This document shows positions 33,675-45,139 of a stretch of DNA of 64,000 nt, one piece after another. The DNA lies in assembly GCA_020054065.1 (NCBI GenBank), contig JAGVLX010000021.1:17262-81261 (forward strand), written 5' to 3'. The position numbers were made by a program, and so were the translations under genes. Each line of letters opens with the position of its first letter. The first letter of the stretch is position 1. This stretch comes from Parachlamydiales bacterium. GTDB lineage: Bacteria > Chlamydiota > Chlamydiia > Chlamydiales > JAEYWL01. Below the pieces are notes generated by a model. It worked only from the letters and a program-made list of their open reading frames with translations. It was not told the DNA's origin and made no database searches.

Positions 33675-35636
33675 CTACACATGATAGGGAACTAAACTCT
33701 CTTGGACGCTGGAGACCCACGCATCGGTCACTAAAGAGATCGTTTGGCAGAAATGCTCTTGTTTATAGGGATCGTCACAGTTGTAAATGTACCCTAAACA
33801 AGGCATATCGGATGTATTGACATAAATTGACGCTAATTCCGTGGTGCCGACATTGAGTTTATTCAAAGCGGCATTCACCGCGTCTTTAATCCCATGGTTC
33901 GCCGCAGCGATCATGACGTACACCGCATCCAATTCTCGATAAAACTGCACCGCTAAATTCTGATGATCAGGGATGCCCGTTTCCAACATATTCAACAACA
34001 TCAGGAATAGCGTTCTCAGCGCCTGCGGCTCCAGCACATTCCGCATAATCGATGGGGTTAAGGAATAAAAGAAATTCTCTAACAAGAAATCGTTATACGA
34101 TCCTGCTTCCGCCAATAATGTCCGCAAACGCAACAGCGACTCGCTCTGCTTAGAAATCATGCCGCCATTATAATCCCGCACACCCCCCAAGATCCGCTGC
34201 AACTCGGCCACAACCGTCTGACGGGCCTTATAAAGGTCAATCGAATGATCGGCACGCAAGAACATCTCTTTCGGCAATTCCACGCGGAACACCGTCGCCT
34301 CTTTGGGATGTTTCTTTCGTAAATACCCCACAATCCGGGTCGAATCGTGGATATACTCTAAAAATGTATTAGCTTTTTCAAATACTTCTTCCAATTTACA
34401 GCTGTTGGGCCTAAGGACACGCACCAAAATCACCGTAAAGAATAGATTGAAATGGGTCTGCTCATCAAAGGTGATAAAGATCTGCGGCATATCCTTGACC
34501 ATCTTAAGCTGGTTCGCCAAGCTTAAGATGTTGCGCATGATCTCCTCTTCATTGCGCGGCATGAAGATCGGATGCATCATGTGCTCGATCCGGTCTTTCA
34601 AATCGTTCGGCAGTTCGCGCCGGAGTCGATTGATCTCTTCCGCTGTAAACTCCATCCCGTCATCTTTGGCGACTTCAAGATACAACGTGCAAATCGCATC
34701 CGATCCTTTTCGGTTAGCAATAAACGATCCTTCAACCGCATGAATATTCGGCATGAAACTTTGTACGGATTTTAACAGATGCTTCTCCTCAAAAATCTCT
34801 TTATCCGCCAAAAAGTTGATTCCCACAATAATTCCCAACACACTCTTCGGCTTGCCAGGAGTAGACAGCTTGCATTTGAAGATTTTAAGATTCAAATGCC
34901 GCTTTTCTGGAGTTTGCTTGACCACTTTGCGTAAGTTTTTACGGAACAAGTGCTGGATCAAGATAATCCGGCTCAAATGCCCGCACTCCCGTATCGTTTT
35001 GAAATCATCCCGGCAATTGAGCAAGATATGCTGCAGTTCCGTAAAGACATCCGAATCAAAATCTAGTGGACGGCGGCTGGCAATCGACTGGATATGTTCA
35101 AGCACATGCGCCAGTTTCTGATCTGTTGATAATCCTTTGATTTCTAAGATCTTACGCGCATTATACGGAGAACACAGTCCGAGCTTGATCTCTTTCGCCA
35201 TGGCGGGAAGGTTGTGCTTTAGTACGCTCAAATCTGCGGCATTATCGACATGGACCAGAATTTCACTTAACATGAATGTTTTCTGGCTGATATCCGGCAT
35301 CATAAACTCGATCGCATGGAATAAAACAATATTGAGTTTTTGTCCCGGGATCAGCCAATAGCGGATCATCTCCAGAAAGAATTTAAAACAATCATTTTGG
35401 TAAGGAGTGATCAGATAGAAAGAGATGGTAGCCGGAGCATACCCGATGGGAGTATGGGTGAAAATAGGGAGAAGATCGAGAAACTGTTCCGGCGACCGGG
35501 TGTAACTGAACGCCTCAGCCGGAATAATTTTTCGAAGCGTATCTTGAACAATCGTTTGAAATGCCGGATTGGCCAATGGTTTGGCAACATCATCAAGCGC
35601 AGTCGTGATTCGTGGCAGACAGCCATCTTCCGGCAT
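33675..35636 (-). CDS. Hypothetical protein (653 aa), translationally adjacent to the aspartokinase gene
   Basis: Long clean frame. The ATG is 3 nt after the aspartokinase stop. No motif recognised. Confidence 0.6.
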   Translation of the reverse strand: MPEDGCLPRITTALDDVAKPLANPAFQTIVQDTLRKIIPAEAFSYTRSPEQFLDLLPIFTHTPIGYAPATISFYLITPYQNDCFKFFLEMIRYWLIPGQKLNIVLFHAIEFMMPDISQKTFMLSEILVHVDNAADLSVLKHNLPAMAKEIKLGLCSPYNARKILEIKGLSTDQKLAHVLEHIQSIASRRPLDFDSDVFTELQHILLNCRDDFKTIRECGHLSRIILIQHLFRKNLRKVVKQTPEKRHLNLKIFKCKLSTPGKPKSVLGIIVGINFLADKEIFEEKHLLKSVQSFMPNIHAVEGSFIANRKGSDAICTLYLEVAKDDGMEFTAEEINRLRRELPNDLKDRIEHMMHPIFMPRNEEEIMRNILSLANQLKMVKDMPQIFITFDEQTHFNLFFTVILVRVLRPNSCKLEEVFEKANTFLEYIHDSTRIVGYLRKKHPKEATVFRVELPKEMFLRADHSIDLYKARQTVVAELQRILGGVRDYNGGMISKQSESLLRLRTLLAEAGSYNDFLLENFFYSLTPSIMRNVLEPQALRTLFLMLLNMLETGIPDHQNLAVQFYRELDAVYVMIAAANHGIKDAVNAALNKLNVGTTELASIYVNTSDMPCLGYIYNCDDPYKQEHFCQTISLVTDAWVSSVQESLVPYHV

Positions 35637-35639
35637 AGA

Positions 35640-36422
35640 TTATTCCGCTTCAAATAAAGGTTGGAAATTTCTTTCACAGGACGGGTCAAAAACCACAGTA
35701 CCATGAAGATTGTTTTTAGCAAATTCCGTAAAAGACAAAATATGCAGGGGGAGCCCATTCCGTTTGGCTAACTCAAGACAGCGCGTGTGTAAAATTTTTG
35801 CTCCTTGATTGACAATCGTTAACGCCTCATCATAAGTAAGGCTGGGTAAGTGTTTGGCATTGTGATTTTTAAAAGGATCACTGTCGAATATACCTGGAAC
35901 GTTTTTATAAAATTCTACGCGGCTGGCGTTCAACGCCACCCCCAAGGCAACAGCTGTCGTATCGGATCCGCCACGTCCTAAGGTTGTGATCTCTCCACCT
36001 CGGCTAACCCCCTGAAATCCAGCAACAATAACTGTCCGCCGCTGATCCAAATGCGGTAATAAACGGTGCGGCCTGACCTCAATGATGCGCGCCTCATTAT
36101 GCTTTTGACAGGTGATGATCCCGGATTGACTTCCGGTGAAGCTAATCGCCGTCTGATTTTTTGCAGCTAAAGCCATTGCCAACAACGACATGCTGATCCG
36201 TTCGCCGACGGTCAGCAGCATATCCATCTCTCGGGGAGGCGGATTCGGATTGACCTTGCGCGCCAGTTCTTGGAGTTGATCGGTCGAATTGCCCATGGCG
36301 CTGACCACCACGACAATTTTGGAGTACTCCTTCATTCGTGCAAGAATGATATCTGCAATTAAAGAAAAATGTTCAGGAGTGGCAACCGAAGCACCGCCGA
36401 ATTTCAAAACCAACGTATCCAT
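35640..36422 (-). CDS. lysC: Aspartokinase catalytic (amino-acid kinase) domain only, no ACT domains (260 aa)
   Basis: VLKFGGASV, VVVVSAMGNSTDQL, REMDMLLTVGERISMSLLA and TTLGRGGSDTTAVALGVAL are typical aspartokinase motifs. The protein ends where ACT domains normally begin. Confidence 0.8.
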   Translation of the reverse strand: MDTLVLKFGGASVATPEHFSLIADIILARMKEYSKIVVVVSAMGNSTDQLQELARKVNPNPPPREMDMLLTVGERISMSLLAMALAAKNQTAISFTGSQSGIITCQKHNEARIIEVRPHRLLPHLDQRRTVIVAGFQGVSRGGEITTLGRGGSDTTAVALGVALNASRVEFYKNVPGIFDSDPFKNHNAKHLPSLTYDEALTIVNQGAKILHTRCLELAKRNGLPLHILSFTEFAKNNLHGTVVFDPSCERNFQPLFEAE

Positions 36423-36511
36423 GTATCTAGATATTTTCTATTATTAGAGCAACGTGTATACTTTTTTGCATCGGTTGTTATACTGAATGCTTAGCTCAGA
36501 GTCAATTATTT

Positions 36512-36877
36512 ATGTATGAAGTTGAAAAAACATTCCGCTTTGAATCTGGACATTCGTTAGAGCATCATGACGGCAAATGCAAAGAGCCGCATGGTCATTC
36601 CTATGTCCTAACTGTCACACTTAGAGTGGATAAGTTAATTGAAGCGGGTCCAAAAAAGAACATGGTCATCGACTTTGACGACATCAGTAAAGTGGTTAAA
36701 CCCATGATTGAACAATCTTTAGATCATAAATGGCTAAACGCTAGCTTAAAGACCGACTCCCCCACGGCTGAATACATCGCTAAATGGGTTTACGACTACT
36801 TAGAGCCAAAACTTCCTGGCTTATATATGATTACCATCCACGAGACCGCAACAGCCAAGGCGATCTACCGTCCTTAA
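36512..36877 (+). CDS. queD: 6-carboxytetrahydropterin / 6-pyruvoyl-tetrahydropterin synthase family (121 aa)
   Basis: FESGHSL and the CxxxHGH motif (GKCKEPHGHSY). Size is typical of QueD/PTPS. Confidence 0.85.
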   Translation: MYEVEKTFRFESGHSLEHHDGKCKEPHGHSYVLTVTLRVDKLIEAGPKKNMVIDFDDISKVVKPMIEQSLDHKWLNASLKTDSPTAEYIAKWVYDYLEPKLPGLYMITIHETATAKAIYRP

Positions 36878-36966
36878 TAACAAAAATCCCCACGATCGGT
36901 GAAGTACCTCTCCAATTCGGGAGAGTAGAATATAAAAATTGGTAACAATAAAAAAAATGAACCGAT

Positions 36967-37326
36967 CTAGAATAGACCTTCTGCAGCACGGCAGAACTGA
37001 TTAAATTCGGAAGCAGTTTTATTAGCAAAAGAAGTCAGCTTAGAACCAAAATTTTGTAGATAATCAGAGGCTGCATCAGCAACATCATAGTAACGGGTAA
37101 AATAATAAAAGCTTACGACAGCCGCAATTGCAGCACAAACCGGACCCACAATGAGACCCACTATAAGAGCGATAACTGCAGTTTTGAGAAGCGTTTCCAT
37201 CTGTTTGGATGATGGCATCGTAGAAAAACGATCTAGGCACTCTTCCGTTTCTTTTTTCACATACGTTGCTGCTTGACAGCAAGCTTTTCCAATTTCATTG
37301 CAAACTTTATTAAAAGTAATTGACAT
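36967..37326 (-). CDS. Small membrane protein (119 aa)
   Basis: Central 31-aa hydrophobic stretch LLKTAVIALIVGLIVGPVCAAIAAVVSFYYF. Weak SD. Confidence 0.4.
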   Translation of the reverse strand: MSITFNKVCNEIGKACCQAATYVKKETEECLDRFSTMPSSKQMETLLKTAVIALIVGLIVGPVCAAIAAVVSFYYFTRYYDVADAASDYLQNFGSKLTSFANKTASEFNQFCRAAEGLF

Positions 37327-37440
37327 ACAAACTCTATAAATAATTAAATCATATCTAATTAATTATTAATAGTCAAGAGGGGTAATAGTGCCTTTTAGAA
37401 AAAAAGCAACCTGTCACGGGCAAGGATGGAGAATGCCTAA

Positions 37441-38865
37441 TTACAGGCCCGGATTCACATTGGCTTGTCTAAGCAAGGTATTGAAGAAAAGACCCAAATT
37501 AAAGGTGCTTTGTTCGTCAAAAATACGTGCTTTCAAAATCGCATCCATTTTGCTAGCCATATCTTGATCGATTCCAGCAGCTCCTCTATCTTGACGCATC
37601 ACCATCGCATGAGTGATCGCTGTCGCTACGATATTAGGATCTTTGACTAATTTTAAAAACTTTATCAAATCAGCAGGGGTAAATTTAGCGTCTAAAATAA
37701 GAATCGTACACAAGTTTTGGTAATAACGTTTTTTAGACTCTGCCGCGTCTCCGGTTTTATAATCCCGTTCATGTATGGCGACAACGTGCTCAATTTCTTC
37801 TCTAAATAGCTGGGGATCGGTAAAAAAGCGCGCCCGTTCTGCTCTTGCTAAAAACGTTTCACTGCCGCCCATCTCTAAATACATTTTAGACAGCTGTTTT
37901 CTATTTTCGTCTGCGACAATCGCTTTTGGAAGTTCTGGCGAGCGGATGAAATCGATGCACATTCGATGAGTATGAAAGTTTAAAAAGCGCTCTGCTTGTT
38001 CTTTATATTTTCCTGACATCCCCTTTTCCAAAAGCTCGTTCATTCTATACATTAATTTCAATTTATCAATCGGCGACTGAGCTTCTACAAACACCTTATT
38101 AAATGCCATCCGCAATGGAACCATAAGGTGAGGCTGTTTCAGAAATTCTTCAATTTGATCGCCATATTGTCTCGGGTTTTTTAACAAATCTACAGCGTAC
38201 TCAAGCCTTTCTCGACCATTCATCGTAGTAAGATCTTTGTAGGTGATACTTTGGACTAAACTGTCAAGTTCAAGGGCTGTTTCCTCTGGCTCACTGACGT
38301 CCGGCGCCGCAACGTGTCGACTTGTTCTCGCTGCGACGATGGGCTCCCTTACGGGCGCTGGAACAGGCCGCAATTCTTTGTCCACCTCGGCCACTAACGA
38401 CGCCATCTTTTGTTGGATCTCATTCAACTGCACGGCAAATTCGTTTTTTTCTAACACAGTGCCTTTTAATTGTTCGCCGATCTCAGTCAGTTGCCGGTTG
38501 ATCTCCTTCCAATCCCTGACCAACTCTTCCTTGTTAGCTCGAGTAAATTGATACGAAGTCGTGCGAACCCCCTGTCTATGCAGATTGAGCGTTTGCAACC
38601 GATCCCTTAAATCATCGACCAAACCTTTCAGTTCAGACTTAATTTCTCGGTACTCTTTATACGATTTTGTCCTAAAAATACGGCCGACGAATCGGGATGC
38701 TGCATTCGGAAGATGTTCTCTAATTTGGGAAATATTGAAATGCTGGCCCAATTTGGGTGTCTTTTCCACCTCTGCTCTTTTCATTTTGGGATCGGTTCGA
38801 TTAAGGACATTGTCAAAGGCATAACCTTTGAAAAAAGGATCAGGACGATTTGAAGCTGTTTCCAT
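37441..38865 (-). CDS. Hypothetical coiled-coil-containing protein (474 aa)
   Basis: ATG with GGAG upstream. Heptad-like N-terminal third. No family recognised. Confidence 0.55.
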   Translation of the reverse strand: METASNRPDPFFKGYAFDNVLNRTDPKMKRAEVEKTPKLGQHFNISQIREHLPNAASRFVGRIFRTKSYKEYREIKSELKGLVDDLRDRLQTLNLHRQGVRTTSYQFTRANKEELVRDWKEINRQLTEIGEQLKGTVLEKNEFAVQLNEIQQKMASLVAEVDKELRPVPAPVREPIVAARTSRHVAAPDVSEPEETALELDSLVQSITYKDLTTMNGRERLEYAVDLLKNPRQYGDQIEEFLKQPHLMVPLRMAFNKVFVEAQSPIDKLKLMYRMNELLEKGMSGKYKEQAERFLNFHTHRMCIDFIRSPELPKAIVADENRKQLSKMYLEMGGSETFLARAERARFFTDPQLFREEIEHVVAIHERDYKTGDAAESKKRYYQNLCTILILDAKFTPADLIKFLKLVKDPNIVATAITHAMVMRQDRGAAGIDQDMASKMDAILKARIFDEQSTFNLGLFFNTLLRQANVNPGL

Positions 38866-39097
38866 ATAAACTCCAAATTAAACGGTTGATTATAATATAA
38901 TTATATTTAAATTTTTAAATTTAATAAATTGAAAATTTTAAGTATAATACATAAATAGGTAAGTCTAATTGATTTAAATCAACCTGTTTTCCTAGTGGTT
39001 GACGCTCAAAAGAGTCCTATCTCTTTCCTTGCGTTTTATCCTTCTGTTTTGTTAGAGTAGACAGCATTAGCTAGTAAATATGAGGAGAAACCTTTAA

Positions 39098-40849
39098 ATG
39101 TCTAAAACCAAACAACCAACCTGGGAAGATCAAGAAACGAAGTACGTCGATGACGTCATTTTCCAGGAACATGATGCCCAAGAATTCAAAAATCTTTTAG
39201 GAGGAAAACAAGGCTCAGTCATCGAAGACGCTTCTTTGATGAACCCCGGAGCGATCCTTAAGGGACGCATTGTCGAAATTACGAAAGACCATGTCGTCGT
39301 CGATGTCGGATTAAAATCAGAAGGGCTTGTACCCATCGAAGAGTTCTCGGACCCCTCCGTTGTCGTTCTCGACGGCGATGTTGAAGTTTACTTAGACCAA
39401 ACAGAAGATGAAAACGGACAAATCGTCCTCTCCCGCGAAAAAGCGGAACGCCTGCGCCAATGGGAATATATCCTGGCTCACTGCGAAGAAGGCTCCATCG
39501 TTAAAGGACGCGTCATCCGCAAAGTCAAAGGCGGCTTGATCGTCGATATCGGCATGGAAGCGTTCTTGCCCGGTTCGCAAATCGACAACAAGCGCATCAA
39601 AAACCTCGATGAATACCTCGGGAAAACCTACGACTTCAAGATTCTTAAAATCAACATCGAACGTAAAAACGTCGTTGTGTCGCGCCGCGAACTCCTCGAA
39701 GCGGAAAGAATCTCGAAGAAAGCAAAGCTCCTGGAAAGCATCCATGAAGGGGATGTCCGCGAAGGGGTCGTCAAAAACATCACCGATTTCGGCGTCTTCT
39801 TGGACCTCGATGGAATCGACGGCTTGCTCCACATCACCGACATGACCTGGAAACGCATCAAGCACCCTTCCGAAATGGTGCAGCTCGGCCAGAAATTGGA
39901 AGTGATGATCTTGAGCATCGACCGGGAAAAAGGACGCGTGGCACTGGGCTTAAAACAGAAAGAAGCCAATCCATGGGATCATATCGAATCGAAATACCCT
40001 CCAGGCACACGTGTCAGAGGCAAAATTGTCAACCTGCTCCCGTATGGCGCCTTCATCGAAATCGAACCTGGCATCGAAGGACTCATCCACGTTTCCGAAA
40101 TGTCATGGGTTAAAAACGTTTCCGATCCAAGCGAAATCGTCAAGAAAGGCGATGAAGTGGAAGCTGTTGTGCTTTCGATCCAAAAAGAGGAAGGCAAAAT
40201 CTCCCTCGGGATCAAACAGATTGAACACAATCCTTGGGATGATGTGGAAAGAAAATACCCTGTGAACAGCGGCGTGCGCGTTGAGATTAAAAGTTTGACC
40301 AACTATGGCGCTTTTGTTGAACTCGAACCTGGTGTCGAAGGGTTGATCCATATCTCAGATTTAAGCTGGATCAAAAAAGTTTCCCATCCGTCAGAAGTTC
40401 TCCGCAAGGGGGATGTTGTAGATGCAGTGATCTTGTCGGTAGACAAAGAAAACAAGAAGATCACGCTAGGAGTCAAACAGCTCAGCAACAATCCATGGGA
40501 ATCGATCGAAAAAACGTTGCCGGTCGGTTCATACGTCAAAGGCAAAGTCAGCAAAATCACCGCATTCGGAGCTTTTGTTGAATTGGAAAACGGCATTGAG
40601 GGACTTATCCACGTGACCGAACTTTCCGATCAAGCGTTTGGCAAAGTGGAAGATGTCGTTTCCAAAGGCGACGATGTGACAGCGAAAGTCATCAAACTGG
40701 ATCCTGAACATAAGAAAATTGCTTTGTCGATCAAGGAATATCTGATCGATCAAAATCAGGAAAACCGCGACGACATCGTGCTCACACCGCCACGCAAGAA
40801 GAAAAAGAAAGACGAGCACAAATCTTCTGATGAAGAGGAACAATCCTAA
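39098..40849 (+). CDS. rpsA: 30S ribosomal protein S1 (six S1 motifs), 583 aa
   Basis: Repeated S1-domain pattern (G..V.G.V....dfGafv.l..g.eGLiHiSe). Confidence 0.95.
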   Translation: MSKTKQPTWEDQETKYVDDVIFQEHDAQEFKNLLGGKQGSVIEDASLMNPGAILKGRIVEITKDHVVVDVGLKSEGLVPIEEFSDPSVVVLDGDVEVYLDQTEDENGQIVLSREKAERLRQWEYILAHCEEGSIVKGRVIRKVKGGLIVDIGMEAFLPGSQIDNKRIKNLDEYLGKTYDFKILKINIERKNVVVSRRELLEAERISKKAKLLESIHEGDVREGVVKNITDFGVFLDLDGIDGLLHITDMTWKRIKHPSEMVQLGQKLEVMILSIDREKGRVALGLKQKEANPWDHIESKYPPGTRVRGKIVNLLPYGAFIEIEPGIEGLIHVSEMSWVKNVSDPSEIVKKGDEVEAVVLSIQKEEGKISLGIKQIEHNPWDDVERKYPVNSGVRVEIKSLTNYGAFVELEPGVEGLIHISDLSWIKKVSHPSEVLRKGDVVDAVILSVDKENKKITLGVKQLSNNPWESIEKTLPVGSYVKGKVSKITAFGAFVELENGIEGLIHVTELSDQAFGKVEDVVSKGDDVTAKVIKLDPEHKKIALSIKEYLIDQNQENRDDIVLTPPRKKKKKDEHKSSDEEEQS

Positions 40850-40860
40850 TTAAAGGACAA

Positions 40861-40908
40861 AAGTGCGGCGGGACACCGCCGCACTTGCTGCAACGTGTGA
40901 TACGTTGC
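40861..40908 (+). promoter_or_regulatory. Tandem hairpins between rpsA and nusA (terminator/attenuator candidate)
   Basis: aagtgcggcgg-gaca-ccgccgcactt (11-bp GC-rich stem, 40861-40886), then gcaacgt-gtgat-acgttgc. No U-tract. Confidence 0.4.
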
Positions 40909-40956
40909 TTGAATAACGCGCGGACACGCCGCTGCAAATCAATTCAAGGTTTCTGA

Positions 40957-42246
40957 ATGAATAAAGATCTCATAGCCATTTTTGAGTACCTCGAAAGAGA
41001 AAAAGGCATTAAACGGGAAATTGTAGTTGCCGCGATTGAAGAATCGCTGCAGGCAGCCGCACGCAAAAGCGTTACCGGCGCCTCGAATGTCACGGTGCAT
41101 ATCAATCCCAAAACGGGTGCCATCGACGTCTTCTCTGAAAAAGAGATCGTTGAGAAAGTCACATCGCCTTCGACTCAAATCGCTCTCAAAGATGCGCGCG
41201 AAATCGATCCCGATTGCGAGCTCGGCCAATTTATCGATGTGGTCGCGACCCCTAGGGACTTCGGACGGATTGCCGCCCAAAAAGCGCGCCAAATCATCAC
41301 GCAAAAACTGCGCGGCGCCGAACGGGATGTCATCTACGAAGAGTACCGCCATCGCGTCAATGAGCTAATTTCAGGAACTGTTAAACGGCAAATCCGCGGA
41401 GCAAAATTGGTTGTCGACTTAGGCAAAGTCGAAGCTGTCATGCCGCTCAAGTTTTATCCCAAAACCGAACAGTACAAACCGGGCGATAAAGTTTTGGCCT
41501 TATTGTTAGAAGTGCGCGACACGGAAAATGGTGGAGCTGAAGTGGTCCTCACCCGCAGCCATCCAGAATTCGTCAAGCAGCTTTTCGTCCAGGAAGTGCC
41601 CGAAATAAATGACGGAACCGTCGTAATCGACAAGATCGTGCGCGATGCTGGCTACCGGACGAAGCTGACTGTCCGTTCGACCGATATGAAAGTCGATCCG
41701 GTCGGGGCATGCGTCGGAATGCGCGGACTGCGGGTAAAAAATGTCGTTCGCGAGCTGCATAACGAAAAAGTGGATATCATCCCTTTCTCCAATGATCCGA
41801 TCGAACTGCTCCAAAACGCCCTTTCTCCCATCGAAATCCGCAAGATCAGTGTCAATGAAGATGACAAGATCATCTCGATCGTCGTCGCTGATGATGACTT
41901 TGCCGCTGTCTTAGGCAAACGGGGCATGAATGCCCACCTTAACGGCGAGTTGATTGGCTACGAACTTGAAGTTCAGAAATTTACAGATTATAACCGCGCG
42001 ACAGCCATTCAGCGCGCTGAATTAGCAAGCTCCGAAGACCCCTATCTAGATCAGGAGTTGACAGCGATTGATGATGTGAATAAACTCATCTTTGAACATC
42101 TTGTACAAGAAGGTTTCAAAACCCGCAGAGCAATCTTATCAACGACTCCCGATAAACTGGCAGCCATCCCAGGCATCAGTCTCGAGAAAGCCGAAAAAAT
42201 CATTGAAAACATTCAAAAACAAGTGATTGAACAAATCAAAGGATAG
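40957..42246 (+). CDS. nusA: Transcription termination/antitermination factor NusA
   Basis: Typical NusA N-terminus MNKDLIAIFEYLEREKGI, with S1 and KH regions. Confidence 0.95.
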   Translation: MNKDLIAIFEYLEREKGIKREIVVAAIEESLQAAARKSVTGASNVTVHINPKTGAIDVFSEKEIVEKVTSPSTQIALKDAREIDPDCELGQFIDVVATPRDFGRIAAQKARQIITQKLRGAERDVIYEEYRHRVNELISGTVKRQIRGAKLVVDLGKVEAVMPLKFYPKTEQYKPGDKVLALLLEVRDTENGGAEVVLTRSHPEFVKQLFVQEVPEINDGTVVIDKIVRDAGYRTKLTVRSTDMKVDPVGACVGMRGLRVKNVVRELHNEKVDIIPFSNDPIELLQNALSPIEIRKISVNEDDKIISIVVADDDFAAVLGKRGMNAHLNGELIGYELEVQKFTDYNRATAIQRAELASSEDPYLDQELTAIDDVNKLIFEHLVQEGFKTRRAILSTTPDKLAAIPGISLEKAEKIIENIQKQVIEQIKG

Positions 42247-42250
42247 ATAG

Positions 42251-45109
42251 TTGGCTAAAAACTTAAAAATCAACATCAAGAATACCCAAATTGCCCAGGC
42301 AATCAATTTGGGCGGCCTGAAAGATAAATTGGCTAAAAAGAAAGCTGCTCACCATACGGAAGAAGCTGCGCCGCCAACTCCAAAAGCCCGCGCTAAAAGC
42401 GCTAAAACGGTTGAGCCCGAAGCCCCGAAAGAAGCGCCAAAGGAGGATGCCCCACGCATCCGTGCGCGCTCCCGTTCCGCTTTCGCCGAAAAACCCGCTG
42501 AAACTGAACAACTGCCTGCCGAAGACATTAAAACACCTGCTGCAGCTCATGCAGCGCCCCCAGCGGAAGAAGTAGAAGAGGAAATCACAGCACCTCCCGC
42601 AAAAAAAGAGAAAGCAATCTTAGAAGAGGTCGTCGAAACCGAATCGTTTGTGGAGGAAACTTCTCCCGAGCCGCAGCCTTCTATCAAGCCGCCTGCTTCG
42701 GAAAAACCTGCCGCACCGGTCCATCCTTATCTGCAAGAAAGCCGTGTATTCGCCCCTGCTGATAAAACAGCTCCAAAGCCAGTTGAAGACGCACCTCGTG
42801 AAGAAAAAACACAGGCTGCGCCACCAGCTGCCCCACATAGACCTGCCCCACCCCGCGCGCATACGCCCGGATACCGTCCTCCCCACTCCCCGCACCGTCC
42901 CCATTCCACTCCTCCTCCGCGCCAACAACATCCAAGAGCATTTGAAGAACCGCGTGTCAAACTTGGACCAACCGGGCAGCATATTAAAGATTTTTACCCG
43001 CCCCGACCTGCCGCTAAACCGCCCTATGGAGCACCAAGACCGCCACATGGAGGCGGACGGCCCCCTCCAGTCATCCCCCCTAAAGAGGGAACAACCGACC
43101 GGCAGCGGGAAAAAGGGATGCGCCCTGGTGGCACTGAAGAAGCAGATGCGAAAAAAGGGAAGCCAGGCAAGCTTAAAGAATTCCGCGATGTCAAGCCCTT
43201 GCGCAAACAAGAACAATCGTTTGATGCCCGAGACCGCAGTGGATTGCGCGCAGGCGAAGACGAGGGAGCCCATTATCGCCGCCGCAGGCCTAAACAAAAA
43301 GCTGTTCAGCATGAAGATACAACCATCCGTCCGACCAATTTGAAGGTTAGGATTCCCATCACCGTCAAAGATCTAGCAGCTGAAATGAAGCTAAAGGCAT
43401 CCGAGTTGATTGCAAAGTTATTTATGCAAGGTGTGATTGTTACCTTAAACGACCGCTTGGATGACGAAATCACTGTCCAACTGCTCGGAACCGAATTCGG
43501 TTGCGAGATCACCATCGACACATCGGAAGAAGAACGGATCCGCATTACCGACAAATCCATTCAGGACGAAATTCAAGCAACCGATCCGCAGCAGCTTATC
43601 CATCGCGCTCCGATCGTTGCCTTCATGGGCCACGTTGACCATGGCAAGACAAGTTTGATCGATGCCATCCGGAAAAGCAACCGCACTGCCGGCGAAGCAG
43701 GGGCCATCACGCAACACATCGGGGCATTCCGCTGCACAACGCCCGTGGGCGATATCGCTATTTTGGATACGCCTGGCCACGAAGCATTCTCCGCCATGCG
43801 CGCCCGCGGCGCCAGCGCCACCGATATCGTTGTCTTGGTCGTAGCCGGAGATGAAGGGATGCGGCAGCAAACCTTAGAAGCCCTCCAGCATGCACGTGAA
43901 GCCAAAAACACAATCATTGTCGCATTAAACAAAAGCGACAAGCCTAATTTCAATCCAGAAAACGTTTATCGCCAGTTAGCCGAACATGACTTGCTGCCCG
44001 AAGTATGGGGTGGACAAACCCTGACCGTTAACTGCTCAGCAGTCACCGGCGAAGGGATTCCGCAACTACTTGAAACGCTGGCGCTGCAAGCTGAAGTCTT
44101 GGAATTAAAAGCGAGTCCCTCTGCTCGTGGACGAGGCACTGTCCTCGAATCCGAGATGCACAAAGGGATGGGCGCTGTCGCAACGGTTCTCGTACAAAAC
44201 GGCACCCTGCGCCGCGGTGATGCTATTGTGTGCGATCAATTCTATGGCCGCATCAAAACCATGCATAACGAGTACGGACAAGACTTGCAAGAAGCGGGAC
44301 CATCCACGCCAGTAGAAATCACCGGCCTCTCCGGACTTCCAGAAGCCGGCGAAGAGTTTGTCGTGGTGGTCAACGAAAAAGAAGCAAAAGCGATTGCTGA
44401 AATGCGCATGCAGGGCGAACGGCAGCGTTCTATGCAGCAAACACCGCGCATCAACGTCGAAAACATGTTCCAAAAAGCTTCTGAAGCGGGGATTAAGAAA
44501 ATCTTCAACGTCATCATCCGTGCAGACGTTCAGGGCTCTTTGGAAGCGATCAAAGTTGCGCTTAAGAAAATCGAATCGAAAAAAGTTGACCTCAACCTGG
44601 TTAACAGCGGAGTCGGCGAGATTAGCGAATCGGATGTTCAATTGGCCGCAACATCCAAAGCCACCATTATCGGATTCCATACCAAAATTGAAAGCCACGC
44701 AGATAGCATGGTAAAACAACTTGGCGTGCAAGTTAAGCTGCACGACATTATTTACCACGCTGTTGACGATGTGCGAGTATTAATGGCAGCTGTCTTGGAT
44801 AAAATTGCTCAAGAAGATTATCAAGGCAAAGCTGAAGTTAAAGCGACGTTCAAATCTTCCCAACACGGAATCATTGCCGGTTGCATGGTCACCGATGGGA
44901 CCATTCACCGTAACAACCAAGTGCGGATCAAACGCAATGACAAAGAGATTTGGAAAGGATCGATTGCTGCCCTGCGCCGCGTCAAAGACGATGTACGGGA
45001 AGTACAGAAAGGGTTTGAATGCGGGATTACCTTTAACGGATTTAACGACGTACAGGTTGGCGACATCGTGGAAGCCTTCCAAGTCGTCTACATTTCACAG
45101 GAACTTTAG
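42251..45109 (+). CDS. infB: Translation initiation factor IF-2 (TTG start, Pro-rich N-terminal region)
   Basis: G-domain motifs [20 protein letters not shown] and NKSD. AAGGA upstream of the TTG. Confidence 0.95.
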   Translation: MAKNLKINIKNTQIAQAINLGGLKDKLAKKKAAHHTEEAAPPTPKARAKSAKTVEPEAPKEAPKEDAPRIRARSRSAFAEKPAETEQLPAEDIKTPAAAHAAPPAEEVEEEITAPPAKKEKAILEEVVETESFVEETSPEPQPSIKPPASEKPAAPVHPYLQESRVFAPADKTAPKPVEDAPREEKTQAAPPAAPHRPAPPRAHTPGYRPPHSPHRPHSTPPPRQQHPRAFEEPRVKLGPTGQHIKDFYPPRPAAKPPYGAPRPPHGGGRPPPVIPPKEGTTDRQREKGMRPGGTEEADAKKGKPGKLKEFRDVKPLRKQEQSFDARDRSGLRAGEDEGAHYRRRRPKQKAVQHEDTTIRPTNLKVRIPITVKDLAAEMKLKASELIAKLFMQGVIVTLNDRLDDEITVQLLGTEFGCEITIDTSEEERIRITDKSIQDEIQATDPQQLIHRAPIVAFMGHVDHGKTSLIDAIRKSNRTAGEAGAITQHIGAFRCTTPVGDIAILDTPGHEAFSAMRARGASATDIVVLVVAGDEGMRQQTLEALQHAREAKNTIIVALNKSDKPNFNPENVYRQLAEHDLLPEVWGGQTLTVNCSAVTGEGIPQLLETLALQAEVLELKASPSARGRGTVLESEMHKGMGAVATVLVQNGTLRRGDAIVCDQFYGRIKTMHNEYGQDLQEAGPSTPVEITGLSGLPEAGEEFVVVVNEKEAKAIAEMRMQGERQRSMQQTPRINVENMFQKASEAGIKKIFNVIIRADVQGSLEAIKVALKKIESKKVDLNLVNSGVGEISESDVQLAATSKATIIGFHTKIESHADSMVKQLGVQVKLHDIIYHAVDDVRVLMAAVLDKIAQEDYQGKAEVKATFKSSQHGIIAGCMVTDGTIHRNNQVRIKRNDKEIWKGSIAALRRVKDDVREVQKGFECGITFNGFNDVQVGDIVEAFQVVYISQEL

Positions 45110-45139
45110 ACTAGAACACCTAACTTAGATTGGACACCC

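Noticed and set aside
36967-37326. Inclusion-membrane (Inc) protein call for the 119-aa membrane protein
   Set aside because: Inc proteins typically have a bilobed hydrophobic domain of about 40 aa or more. This stretch is only about 31 aa with a central GP, so the Inc assignment is not supportable from sequence alone.
42263-45128. Many long alternative-frame and antisense ORFs (up to 231 aa) overlapping infB
   Set aside because: They are shadows of the Pro/Ala-rich, GC-richer infB coding sequence. infB itself is unambiguous from its G-domain motifs and synteny.
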